A stretch of DNA of 64,000 nt from Candidatus Bathyarchaeota archaeon (GTDB taxonomy: Archaea > Thermoproteota > Bathyarchaeia > Bathyarchaeales > DTEX01). The DNA is taken from contig CAVQNT010000006.1 of NCBI GenBank assembly GCA_963714275.1, positions 224,001 to 288,000 of the forward strand, given 5' to 3'. The position numbers and the translations under genes were made by a program. Positions 29,069 through 39,359 of this stretch are shown piece after piece. Positions within the stretch are counted from its first letter, which is position 1, and every line of letters starts with the position of its first letter. The notes under the pieces were generated by a model, which made no database searches, was not told the DNA's origin, and saw only the letters and a list, made by a program, of their open reading frames with translations.

Positions 29069-29533
29069 TCAGACATTGGCTCTGAAATCTTCTTTAACTA
29101 CATTCAGGACAACGTTCGTCACAGTTCTTTTGATGTAAGGCATCGCCAAAAGGTTCTTAACAAAGCTGTTCATGTCCACTCTGTCTTTAAATCTGACCAC
29201 TACGGCAATATCAAAGTCGCCAGTGATATCATAGACACACAAAGCGTTGTCTGACTTGGCTATCTCTTTTTCGACATCAACAAGATGGGTTCCTTCAGCC
29301 TGAATCAACACAATAGCGGTCATCGTGAAGCCAAGTTTAAAAGGATCCACTAGTACTGTGTAACCCTTTAACGCGCCTTTATCCTCAAGATTTTTTATAC
29401 GATTATACGCTGTTCCCACAGATATTCCTAATTTACCCGCAATTTTGTTGAAGCTCAGCCGGGAATCTTTCTGTAGAAGCCTGATGATTTCAATGTCCGT
29501 GTCATCATACTTTTCTATCGATGCTGTTGTCAA
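29069..29533 (-). CDS. Lrp/AsnC-family transcriptional regulator (full length)
   Basis: DDTDIEIIRLLQKDSRLSFNKIA...GTAYNRIKNLE, VYDITGDFD, RTVTNVVL. Confidence 0.93.
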   Translation of the reverse strand: MTTASIEKYDDTDIEIIRLLQKDSRLSFNKIAGKLGISVGTAYNRIKNLEDKGALKGYTVLVDPFKLGFTMTAIVLIQAEGTHLVDVEKEIAKSDNALCVYDITGDFDIAVVVRFKDRVDMNSFVKNLLAMPYIKRTVTNVVLNVVKEDFRANV

Positions 29534-29565
29534 ATTTCATCACGCCCGATGCATGCTATACCACG

Positions 29566-29579
29566 TGAATGTTTATTCA
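29566..29579. promoter_or_regulatory. TGAAT-N4-ATTCA palindrome in the lrp/glnA divergent promoter
   Basis: TGAATGTTTATTCA, upstream of a TTTATATA TATA-like box near 29625. Confidence 0.5.
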
Positions 29580-29681
29580 ATAATTGGATGAATATTTAAA
29601 TATTTTCATCATTTCGGCGAAAGATTTATATATGTTTCATGTAAATTGAGAACGCATTGAATGAAATTGAAGGTGCGTTAC

Positions 29682-31146
29682 ATGGAGGCTGAAAACACCA
29701 AAAAAGCGATCGAAATCCTAAAGAAAAACAAAGTACGTTGGATACATTCCACATTCGTTGACATCAGAGGCCTAATGCAAGACATGGTCATACCAGCAAG
29801 AGACTATACTGAAGGAAATGCCTTCACCGCAGGTATAGGCTTCGACGGTTCATCAGTCAGAGGATTCAAATCAATCGAGGAATCAGACATGATCCTCATG
29901 CCTGACCCGGAAACACTGGCAATAATTCCTTGGACTACTGAAGAGAACCAGAAAAGCGCCATCGTATTAGGCGACGCATATGAAGCTTATGGCGGTAAAG
30001 AACCTTCCGAAGTATGCCCAAGAGGATATGTGGCTAAAAGAGCAGTGAAAGCAGCGGAAGAAGCGGGATACACGGGATTCTTTGCACCAGAACTTGAATA
30101 TTTTATTTTCTCTTCGATAGATCCGACGAAACTAACATGGGATCTTTGGGTAAGCCCAAAAGGAGGCGAAGGAGATTCGTGGGGAGCGCCCAGAGTCGTG
30201 CCACAATCACCAGAAATTACCCCTGGAAATTTCATCTTGAGACCTAAAGAAGCCTATTATAGGCCACCACCAGAAGACACGACAATCGAGTACCGAAACG
30301 AGGTAGCCTCAATACTCGAGGATTACTTTGGCTTCACCATTGAGAAACACCACCATGAAGTAGCTACTGCTGGCCAACTTGAAATCGACTTCCGCTTCGG
30401 TGAACTCATAAATACCGCTGACAAGACTCTCTTCTACAAGTTTGTAGCCAAAAATATTGCCAAGAAACGTGGGATGATAGCAACATTTATGCCAAAGCCT
30501 GTCTACCTGGATAATGCCAGCGGAATGCATGTTCACATCTCACTTTGGCATGACAAGAAGAACGTCATGTACGACCGAAACGACGAATACGCTGAGCTCA
30601 GCCAAACTGGAAGATACTTCATCGGAGGATTATTGGAACACGCTAAAGCTTTGACAGCTGTATGCTGTCCAACAGTAAGCTCGTACAAGCGATTGGTTCC
30701 TGGTTTTGAAGCCCCAATCTACATTATGTGGTCTCGCAGTAACAGGTCTGCTTTAGTAAGGATACCGTTGTACTATAAAGGACCGGAAGTATGCATCTCA
30801 CAAGCGTGTGGAATACCGAGGAGTTGACCCATCATGCAATTCATACCTTGCCTTCTCTTCCCTGCTGATGGCTGGGCTCGATGGCGTAAAAAAGAAGTTA
30901 GACCCAGGCGATCCCATCGACGAGGATGTCTACAAGTTGACTCCTGAACGTCGGAGAGCACTTGGCATTAAAGAACTTCCGACAACCTTGCGAGATGCTC
31001 TTGATGAAATGAAGAGCGACGAGATTATTCACTCGACTCTTGGAAGCCACATATTCGACGCCTTCATCGAATACAAGACGAACGATTGGAACCAGTATTG
31101 CCTTTATGTGACGCCTTGGGAAATAATGAAGTATCTTGACTATTAA
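29682..31146 (+). CDS. glnA: Glutamine synthetase type I (frameshift at ~30789)
   Basis: GFDGSSVRGF, APELEYF, HHHEVATAGQ, TFMPKP...NASGMHVH, SYKRLVPGFEAP, NRSALVRIP, RVEYRGVDP. Confidence 0.96.
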
Positions 31147-31185
31147 ATTTGGAGGAAAAAAAAGAAAAAAGGAAATGGTGAAAAA

Positions 31186-31422
31186 ATGAGAGCCTACATA
31201 TTCCTGGAAACGAAACCTGCAACATCGCTGCAAGTCATCGAGAGAATAAAGAAAAAAGTCAAAGAAGTTGTTCAAGCGGACGCCATTTACGGGAGATACG
31301 ACGCGGTTATCGTCATAGAAGTACCAAACCTCGAAAGCATCAACGAGATCCTGTACAGAGTCATCGAAAAAGACCCCAACATAATACACACGGAAACATC
31401 CTTGGTGCTTAGCAGTCTCTAG
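31186..31422 (+). CDS. Stand-alone Lrp/AsnC ligand-binding (RAM) domain protein
   Basis: RAYIFLETKP...IYGRYDAVIVIE...IIHTETSLV; no HTH. Confidence 0.85.
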   Translation: MRAYIFLETKPATSLQVIERIKKKVKEVVQADAIYGRYDAVIVIEVPNLESINEILYRVIEKDPNIIHTETSLVLSSL

Positions 31423-31456
31423 ACTTAGAAAAGGTCTATGCCCGGAGGAAAGCAGA

Positions 31457-31741
31457 GTGTCTTCGACAAAAGATTTACGCCAGAAAGTTCTCAGAGCATT
31501 CGTAATGGTTACTGTGAAACCTGGAACATCAGAGGAGATTGTGGGATCGAGAAAAATTAAAGGCGTCAAAATGGCCAATTCAGTTATGGGAAGGTTTGAC
31601 GCTGTGGTCGTTGTTGAAGCGGGAAGCCTTGACGAACTGAACCGAATCATCTACGAGATGGTGGAACAGCACACGAACGTCATTCACACTGAAACCATGA
31701 TCTCAATCTTTCATCCTTCTCCATCTGGTTCATCACAGTAA
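31457..31741 (+). CDS. Second stand-alone Lrp/AsnC ligand-binding (RAM) domain protein
   Basis: RAFVMVTVKPG...VMGRFDAVVVVE...VIHTETMI; no HTH. Confidence 0.85.
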   Translation: MSSTKDLRQKVLRAFVMVTVKPGTSEEIVGSRKIKGVKMANSVMGRFDAVVVVEAGSLDELNRIIYEMVEQHTNVIHTETMISIFHPSPSGSSQ

Positions 31742-31780
31742 CCTGCCTTCTTTTTTTGAAAGCAGACTTCACTGACACAA

Positions 31781-33049
31781 TTGAGTAGTGAACATGACTT
31801 GAATTCTAAAGAATTCGGATTCCGCATTCTTCCCTTAGACACGGACCCCATAATCGACGATACTACATTAAGGGACGGCGTTCAAATGCCGGGATTAGCG
31901 GTTACTCCGAAGGATGCTGCTGAGATTGCCCGTCTCTTGGACGAAGTTGGCGTGGAAAGAATTGAGGTTCACCATTACCAAAAAACGGACAAACAGGCAG
32001 TAAAAATCATGCAAAAAATGGGCTTACACGCAAGCATAGCTGGGTGGTGCAGAGCCATGAAAGAAGACATTGATGACGCCATAGAATGTGGATTTAAGGA
32101 CATCGGAATTTCACATCCTGTTTCGAACATTCATTTCAAAGCCAAGTGGCCAGAAAAGACTCCTGATGAGCTTCTGAATAGGGTCGTTGAGGTCGTCGAG
32201 TACGCTGCGAAGGATCATGGATTAAGGGTTTTTGTTCACGGCGAAGACAGCACAAGGGCAGATTGGAACTTTGAAAAAAGGTTCATCAACGCTGTTGCTG
32301 ACGCGGGAGCGGAATGCTACAGGATATGTGACACTGTTGGCATCGGATTGTCTTCTCAAGAGGCTGCTTTGCCCATTGGGATACCAGCCAAGATTAAAGC
32401 GATAAGGGCTGAAACAAGGATTAACAGTGTTGAGATTCATGCACATGACGATTTCGGGAATGCAGTTGAGAACACGTTGGCTGCTGTCAGAGCAGCTTCA
32501 GGGGTTTGGCCTAAGATTTACGTCAGCACAACCTACTTAGGCATCGGTGAAAGAGCTGGGAACGCTGAGACTGAAAAGGTCATAATGAACCTTCTGATGC
32601 ACCATGGCGTCAAGAAGTTTGAGGGAAAAATCAATAAACTTAAGGAAACAGCTGATCTCATAGGGAAAGCTACGGGCTACGTGGTTCCTCCGAACAAGGC
32701 TATTGTGGGCGACTACGCCTTTGCCCATGAATCTGGAATTCACACGCACGGCGTTTTGAGTAATGCTTTAACTTATGAGCCTTACCCTCCTGAGCTCGTT
32801 GGGAACAAGCGCCGCTTAACCATTGGCAAGCAGTCGGGTAAGACCCTGGTCAAGTATTTGATTGAGGAGACAACTGGGAAGACACCGAGCAACGAAGCGG
32901 TCACAGACGTTCTTCAGAGAATTAAGGCAATGTACGTGGGCGGAAGAAAAGCGTCATTAAGGGAAGAGGAGTTTAAAAGAATTCTGAGAGAAGTCGGGTT
33001 GTTGGAGAAACCAACTAAAAACTCTCACTCGCTTAATCGGAAGCCTTAA
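31781..33049 (+). CDS. DRE-TIM metallolyase (homocitrate/isopropylmalate synthase family), Re-citrate-synthase-like
   Basis: DTTLRDG, EDSTRAD, HAHDDFG, GIGERAGN, PPNKAIVG, AFAHESGIH; no LeuA C-terminal regulatory domain. Confidence 0.85.
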   Translation: MSSEHDLNSKEFGFRILPLDTDPIIDDTTLRDGVQMPGLAVTPKDAAEIARLLDEVGVERIEVHHYQKTDKQAVKIMQKMGLHASIAGWCRAMKEDIDDAIECGFKDIGISHPVSNIHFKAKWPEKTPDELLNRVVEVVEYAAKDHGLRVFVHGEDSTRADWNFEKRFINAVADAGAECYRICDTVGIGLSSQEAALPIGIPAKIKAIRAETRINSVEIHAHDDFGNAVENTLAAVRAASGVWPKIYVSTTYLGIGERAGNAETEKVIMNLLMHHGVKKFEGKINKLKETADLIGKATGYVVPPNKAIVGDYAFAHESGIHTHGVLSNALTYEPYPPELVGNKRRLTIGKQSGKTLVKYLIEETTGKTPSNEAVTDVLQRIKAMYVGGRKASLREEEFKRILREVGLLEKPTKNSHSLNRKP

Positions 33050-34016
33050 AATTCTTTAACGCAGCGACCATGTTTCTCAGCTTACTCAACGATATTCGGT
33101 AAGCTTCCTCCGTATCCATGTTATTCCGTAGTAGTTTTCTAAATCCGCAGTCTGGAGTAAAAATTAAGGCTTCTTTATGCCCATTGAACTGTTTCATAAA
33201 ATTAAGGATTTCTTTTGGGCTTTCTATTCTTGGATTTTTTGTTGACAAGCAGCCGACGGACAATACTTTTTCGTTTTCTCGAAGTTTTTCTGGCGAGTAT
33301 AATGTTATGTTTTGCGGGGTGTCGAAAAATTCGTGGCTAATGAAGTCAAGTTCGGTTCTTAACAGAATTTCTGCTAGTTGGGGGAGATTCTTCCGCAGAT
33401 GTGGGAACCCACAATCCTTTCTCCGCAAGCCTTCTTGAGACTATTGTACACGCCGATTATGTCTTCATCTCGGTATCCGAAAGTCTGTTCTGGCTCCCAC
33501 CAACACGCTCAGGATGGGTTCGTCGATAGATATCATGCTGGCGTTTTCAGAGGCTGCTTCGCAGCTTTCGGAAAGGATTCCAGCGATCTGGTTAACCAAG
33601 TTAAAATCTGAAACAGCGGTGTTGTAGGGAAACATGCCCGGTTTTGTTTCAATGAATGAAGCGAGAGTAAACGGTCCTGTTATGGGGGCTTTCAATCTGA
33701 CGTTGTTTGTTAATCCTTTTTCGTCCAGATATTTTGTTGCCCAAAAAAAGGGTTCTAAACCCAACGGAGGACCATTGTATTCGATTATTTTTCCGCTGAT
33801 TCTATAACGGTTTTTTTCCTGCTGGACTCCGCTGCCATGTTTAGTTAGGTCGTTTAGGAATTGTGGACCCATTTCTGATAGCTGGGGGTAAGATGGATAA
33901 TCTAAACCAACCGCTAGGAGGTCGTTTATGCACCTTTTTCTATTGGCTTCAGTGTCTTCGAGCGTGAAACTACCAATAGTTGACGTGAAAATTCCAGATA
34001 TTTGCAGCTCAGCCAC
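33033..34016 (-). CDS. Single-barrel (core) cobalamin-independent methionine synthase-like protein (2 frameshifts)
   Basis: TIGSF, ITGPFTL, ISIDEP, repaired GSHICG (HxC), HEF, TPDCG...KLRNMV zinc-ligand pattern. Confidence 0.75.
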
Positions 34017-34099
34017 CTAAACAGAAAAAATACTTGCATTAAGAAAAACTTTCCGCCTAAAGGTAAAGTTAAAAGACATCGTATTTTTTAGTTTTAACT

Positions 34100-34342
34100 C
34101 TATTTTTCCAGATTGCTTAGCAGTTCGAAGCCTTCCAAAATTATGGTGTTATGGCACTTTTTGCAGGAAATCGTTAATGTTTTCAGTGAACCATCTGTGA
34201 ATGTTTCGATGTCTATTATTTTGTAGGATTTCTCTGAGTCGTCGTCAGGCGAAATCGTGGCTCCACAGGATGGGCACGGAAACTCTCCGTCGCCTTCTAT
34301 GGAATTGAGGTTTACCTTCAAATCTGCCACTTGCCTCATCAC
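34100..34342 (-). CDS. Small zinc-ribbon protein
   Basis: Two CxxC pairs (CPSCG, CKKCH) in 80 aa. Confidence 0.7.
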   Translation of the reverse strand: MMRQVADLKVNLNSIEGDGEFPCPSCGATISPDDDSEKSYKIIDIETFTDGSLKTLTISCKKCHNTIILEGFELLSNLEK

Positions 34343-34773
34343 TGTTCCATCCGTTTATGGTTTTATTTAAAGTGGTGATTTAAATTGCTTTTTAAAGATA
34401 ATGAATCATAAGTCCATATCCACAAAAAATGTTATAAATGAATGGAATAAGCCAAGCTCATCACTGCTTCCCTAATTTGCGTTTCAATTATATACATGAT
34501 TTTAAAACGTTTCAGTCTGGTCTGTTTTGTTCATCATCTGATTTTGCTGTTTGAACAACAAATCGTATTGCCTAAGACCTGTCTGAAGTGTGTAACACCC
34601 GACTTTCAATTTTGTATAACAAATCGTTTTCCGAGAAGACCTATCTGTTTTGTGTGACAATGCTAGAGTTTATGAAAATTAAACTATTTTGTGGCACATT
34701 TGTTCTGTTATTTTAGAATGATTGGTCATTGTTTTTTGTTGGTTTCTAGTTTAATTAGAAAAAGGTTTCGTAA

Positions 34774-35710
34774 TTAGAATTGCTGAATACATGAATTAAG
34801 CTTTGATGCTGAATCGGTCTTTTTTGACATGTCGACTATGAGATAAGCACCCCTGCTATTGTTGTATGGCGGTCCCTTTCTCGAAAAAATTGTTAAAATT
34901 TTGCTATTATGGTTGAACTTGTAGCCTTCGTCAACTGGTTCATGACCCCTAACTAAAAATTCTGCTTTAACCATTTTGAGGAAAGCGTCTGTCACGTCTT
35001 CGCCGAAAAGGCGTCCTGCGCCGCGGGGCGAAAAAAGTGTTCCTATGATACCTTCAGTCTGGGTCGCTCCACAATATTTCTTCCAAGTGGGTTTCAGCTG
35101 GATGCTTCTGATACGCGTAAGCAACGTCGTCAAGCGTTTTTGCCTTACTTGGGACTCCACCGTGCAACATTACGAAATTGTCCTCTACGAGAACCGCTGT
35201 GTAGAAACGTCTAAAAAGCGCACTGAGCTCCGTGTAAACCACTTGCCAATCAGAACCAAATTTCCTCTGCAAATGAAAAGGCAAATCGTGAGGGTCAGCC
35301 AAAAGGTCTTGTGGTCCTTCATGATTTCCCTGAAGCAAAATAACGTTTTCTGGGAACATCATTTTCAGACTCAAGACGACATAGTAGACTTCAGGCGAAA
35401 AGGGTCCTCGGTCACCATAATCTCCAAGAAAAACGAGGTATACTTGCATTCCGCTTTTGGATTTTTCATGAAAATTCGTTTTGTTTAAAATCTCATTGAG
35501 GCTGTTTATGTCGCCATGTAGGTCTCCAATGACGATTGCTTCCCCTTCTGGAGAAAGATGTATGAGCCTTCCCGTAATTCGCATCCTAGCATTACTTTTT
35601 TCTACAGAGAGTATCTGGACAACTTGGTTAACTGCTTTCATGAAAGATTTGCTGTCAACATTGGATGCTTCGTTGAATAGACCTGTAAGAGTTCCCATCT
35701 GAACCTTCAA
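34774..35710 (-). CDS. PPP-family Ser/Thr protein phosphatase (frameshift at ~35058)
   Basis: GDLHG, GDYGDRG, GNHE, HGG, LWSDP, SPRG, RGHE, TIFS motifs. Confidence 0.9.
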
Positions 35711-35775
35711 TTCAAAAATCGGAGAAGCATATATTAAAGTTTATGAGGTATCAATAAATTTCAGAATGTAAACAA

Positions 35776-36842
35776 ATGGTGAAGGAATTGCCTCAAATAC
35801 TGAAGGCGAGTTTCGAAGAAACTCTTGAAAAACATGTATTGCCTTCATTATGCATAGGGTGTGCCACTTGTGTCGCAGTGTGCCCCTTTAACTGCCTAGA
35901 GTATGTAAATGAAAAACCTATTTTGGTAAGAGAATGCAGGTCATGCGGCATTTGTGCACAAGTTTGTCCCCGATATCATTTGTCTGTTCCCGAGTTAGAA
36001 CGTTTCGTGTTTGGCAGGGAAAGAAGGGACGATGAGGAATTCGGCATCTTTCGCCGTGCGGTTATTGCACAAACCGCTGACCAAAAAATAAAAAAAGTTT
36101 GCCAGGACGGCGGGGTCGTCACAACGCTTTTGGTATACGCCTTAAATGAGGGACTCATTGATGGCGCGGTTCTTTCAGGCGTAAGCGAGACTGAGCCGTT
36201 GAAGGCGGCTCCGAAACTAGCCACTACCATGAAAGAAATTGTGGATTGTGCTGGAACAAGGTACACTTATTCACCGAGTATGCTTGCTTTAAAAGAAGGC
36301 ATACTACAAAAAAAGAAAAGCCTGGCGTTCGTTGGAACACCTGACCAGATACAAGCGTTTAGGAGGATTCAAGCCCTTCCCTTAAAGAAATACTCCGAAG
36401 CCGTTGCCTTCACGGTTGGCGTCTTCTGCAGCGAATGCTTCACCTATGAAGGACTGGTTAATCAGTTGATGCGAAAAGAGCTGGGAATCGATGCAGCAGA
36501 AGTGGAAAAAATCAACATCAAGGGCAAACTTCTCGTCACAACCAAGTCAGGCAAGGTTAAGGAAATCCGCCTAAAAGAAGCAAAAAAACACGTCAGAAAC
36601 TGCATTACACAATGCTCAGACTTTTCCGCCGAATTGGCTGACATATCAGTGGGAGGATTAGGATTGGAAGGCTGGACCTTCACCATTCTGAGGACAGAGA
36701 AAGGCTTAGACCTCTTTCAGGAAGTCTGAAACCAAAGGCTTAATCCGAACAAGAAAAGTCTGAGGAAGAAAACCAAGTTCTGGACCTATTGGTCAAGTTA
36801 TCAAAGAAAAAACGTGAAAATGCTGTAAATGTAAACCTGTGA
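35776..36842 (+). CDS. Coenzyme F420 hydrogenase/dehydrogenase beta-subunit (FrhB/FpoF family) with 2x[4Fe-4S]; C-terminal frameshifts
   Basis: CIGCATCVAVCP, CRSCGICAQVCP, QDGGVVTTLL, AGTRY, GVFC, CSDFSAELADISVG. Confidence 0.88.
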
Positions 36843-36920
36843 ATAAGCTTCTGAATTTGATAAAATTCTACATTCATACAACCCATTTTTGGGTAGTAAC
36901 TCTTATTTAGGAAGAACCGT

Positions 36921-37532
36921 TTGAAGAAAGCACAAAAATGCTTCACGTTGGAATTCAAGTTGAACACAAAAAAATTGGCGGCCACAGCCGTCTTCGCCGC
37001 ACTTACGGTGGCACTTAATCTGAGCCCAATAAAGTTTCCCGCGCCTTACCTTCCGTTCCTGTATTACCAAGTGTGGGAGATTCCGATAGTGGTAGCATTT
37101 CTTTTGTTCGGACCGATAACTGGATTTTCAGTGTTAATCATAAACACCGCAGCCTTGTTTGCTCTTTTTCCCGGAGCCCTGCCGACAGGCCCGATTTACA
37201 ATTTGATAGCGGTCTTGAGCATGCTGACTGGAATCTACTGCGCACAGTGGCTGACAAAAAGCTTAGACAAGAAGCAAAAAGAGGTTTTTCTGATAGTCAC
37301 GGTTACTTTTTTAGGGGTCGTATTAAGAGTTGTTGTAATGTCTTTCGTTAATTGGGAACTAATCAAGTATCCTCCACCAGTCGGTTTCAGCATGCCAGAA
37401 GAAGTCGTGGTCGCCATTCTGCCCTTCGTGGCTTTCTTCAATGCCACCCTCGCAGCTTACACGGTTCCAGCAGGATACTTTTTAGCCAAAACCATAAGTC
37501 ACGGAATAAAAACACCCTTATGGTCGCCATAA
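36921..37532 (+). CDS. ECF transporter S component (start perhaps TTG 36960)
   Basis: About 6 TM segments, KKLAATAVFAAL...PFLYYQVWEIP...FGP...LPFVAFFN. Confidence 0.7.
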   Translation: MKKAQKCFTLEFKLNTKKLAATAVFAALTVALNLSPIKFPAPYLPFLYYQVWEIPIVVAFLLFGPITGFSVLIINTAALFALFPGALPTGPIYNLIAVLSMLTGIYCAQWLTKSLDKKQKEVFLIVTVTFLGVVLRVVVMSFVNWELIKYPPPVGFSMPEEVVVAILPFVAFFNATLAAYTVPAGYFLAKTISHGIKTPLWSP

Positions 37533-37562
37533 CCAGAAAAGCTTATGGATCTCGGTTCTTTT

Positions 37563-38522
37563 CTAACGATCCAATGTCTGCATTAAAACATCAATATTGA
37601 TTTTTCCAGCAGAAAACGTTCTGCCAGACTTCATGTTTTTTATTGTCATTGCAGCTGAAGCGAAAAGACCAAAATCAATCTTGTAAAAGTCAAATTCCGC
37701 CCTTCTAAGAACCTCCGCAAAGGGTTGCCCATACTGTTTGGAAGATGAAGAAACCGATTTCTCCGCTAGCTGCCTAAGTTCATCGTCATCGTCGTAATTC
37801 ACCACAACGTGAACCTCCCCACCGTAAAGTATGGCATCATTCGACCTTCCCATCGCCTCAACAGGATCTTGATGAACAGGAAGGATTGGCGCAGACCCCC
37901 ATGCGCGTGTGATGAGTTTTGGGTCGAACCCCAGGTTCATGAGCTTGTAAATTCCCATCTCAACAACTCTCCCCGAAACTTGGGTAAATCCAGAGATGGA
38001 CGTGATAGGCACCAGAATAATGTAGAGCCTATCCGTTGCGACACGGCAGGACTCAGCGACGCTGGAAACGACGTCTCTCGGCGGCTCTTTGTCAGTCTCA
38101 AGAACCAGCACCGTTTCATCGTAATCGTCCTTATAGGCGATTTTTTCGAAAACCGACTTCGGCTTCAAAACCAAAGCACGGGCAGGACCAGAACCCAACG
38201 CTTGAAAGCTGCCTGACTTGATCTGCCATCCCGCCAGTTGCGACCCAAGGGTTGAGATTGCTGGATAATCAGTTGAAACCGAGATTGAGGGAACACTCTG
38301 GTTTCCAAGCTGTATTGAAGAGATGGTTGCCTTGCCGAGTCCTCCGAGGCAGATTTCGGTTATGGCTTTGCCAGCTTCGATGCTTCCTTTGGCTTCTATC
38401 CCAGCGTCTATAATGGTTGCTCCCAAGTCGCTCTTCGTAACTTTGACTCCGTAATAGCCCGCCTTGCTGCATAGGTTCTTGACTAGTTCCATTGCCTTTT
38501 GGTTCACACTTACCCTTGGCAT
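37563..38522 (-). CDS. mch: Methenyltetrahydromethanopterin cyclohydrolase
   Basis: SVN, ICLGGLG, LGSQLAGW, LGSGPARAL, QVSGRVVE, AMGRSNDAILYGG, DFYKID. Confidence 0.95.
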   Translation of the reverse strand: MPRVSVNQKAMELVKNLCSKAGYYGVKVTKSDLGATIIDAGIEAKGSIEAGKAITEICLGGLGKATISSIQLGNQSVPSISVSTDYPAISTLGSQLAGWQIKSGSFQALGSGPARALVLKPKSVFEKIAYKDDYDETVLVLETDKEPPRDVVSSVAESCRVATDRLYIILVPITSISGFTQVSGRVVEMGIYKLMNLGFDPKLITRAWGSAPILPVHQDPVEAMGRSNDAILYGGEVHVVVNYDDDDELRQLAEKSVSSSSKQYGQPFAEVLRRAEFDFYKIDFGLFASAAMTIKNMKSGRTFSAGKINIDVLMQTLDR

Positions 38523-38547
38523 CTCATTTTCTCCTATCGTGCTTGGT

Positions 38548-39357
38548 TTACAGGAATTTTTCGTAGAAAGCGAGGTGCGGATTCTTGTTCTTTGCGACGA
38601 AAAGTTTGCCTTTGCCCTCGTCCACGATGTCGCCTACGAAACGGTAGAATGGACCTGCGATTTTCCCTTCATCAATTTTCACGTCAGGTCTAACGCCGTC
38701 TATCGTGAACGTTGGAAGAACCGAAGGCAAGTGCCCGCAAATTATTATTCTGCCGTCAAGCATTTCCGCGCCGGGTCTTCCTTTGCAGTCTCCTCCCACA
38801 ATTATGGTTCCGTCCCTCATGTGAACGCCCACGAATTCGCCGATGTTGCCTTCTACTTTAATTAGACCGCCCTTCATGTAACATCCAACCTCGTTTCCCG
38901 CGTCCCCATGCATAAGAATTGTTCCGCTCGTCATGCCTTCGGTGGTTCCGCGGTACGATGCGCCAACGTAGTCTCCCGCTGTCCCTGTAGCCTCGATTTT
39001 TCCGCCCTTCATCGTGCAGCCGACCCAAGAGTCAACATTGCCTTTCACAAAGATTTCGCCGCCCTTCATGCCCTCGCCTAGGCGCATTCCTACGTCGCCT
39101 TCTATGAGGATTGTGCCAGAAGTCATCATGTATCCTATCATTCGGACCTTGCGTAGGTCGCCGACAAGCTGAATAACGACTTTTTCAGCGGAGTCCGCAG
39201 CTTCTTCGTTAACGTTGAAGACTTCACTAAGATTCTTTTGCTTGTTGCCTTCCCAAACCTTTAACCCACTAATTTCGTCATGTGTTTTTCCCGCAAAGCT
39301 GTCTGGCGAAATGCCCTCGGCGTAGACGGGTACTTTAAAAACGTGTTTGGGATGCAA
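38548..39357 (-). CDS. fwdC: Formylmethanofuran dehydrogenase subunit C
   Basis: GxxMxxGxIxxxG beta-helix repeats, GASYRG...GM, FVGDIVDEGKGKL. Confidence 0.93.
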   Translation of the reverse strand: MHPKHVFKVPVYAEGISPDSFAGKTHDEISGLKVWEGNKQKNLSEVFNVNEEAADSAEKVVIQLVGDLRKVRMIGYMMTSGTILIEGDVGMRLGEGMKGGEIFVKGNVDSWVGCTMKGGKIEATGTAGDYVGASYRGTTEGMTSGTILMHGDAGNEVGCYMKGGLIKVEGNIGEFVGVHMRDGTIIVGGDCKGRPGAEMLDGRIIICGHLPSVLPTFTIDGVRPDVKIDEGKIAGPFYRFVGDIVDEGKGKLFVAKNKNPHLAFYEKFL

Positions 39358-39359
39358 AA

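Noticed and set aside
30898-31650. 250-aa antisense ORF and the many other shadow ORFs in the track
   Set aside because: They lie opposite or within well-supported genes and have non-protein-like composition.
34343-34773. AT-rich 430-bp spacer as a replication origin or ncRNA
   Set aside because: No ORB-like repeats, no cdc6/orc1 nearby and no convincing structure.
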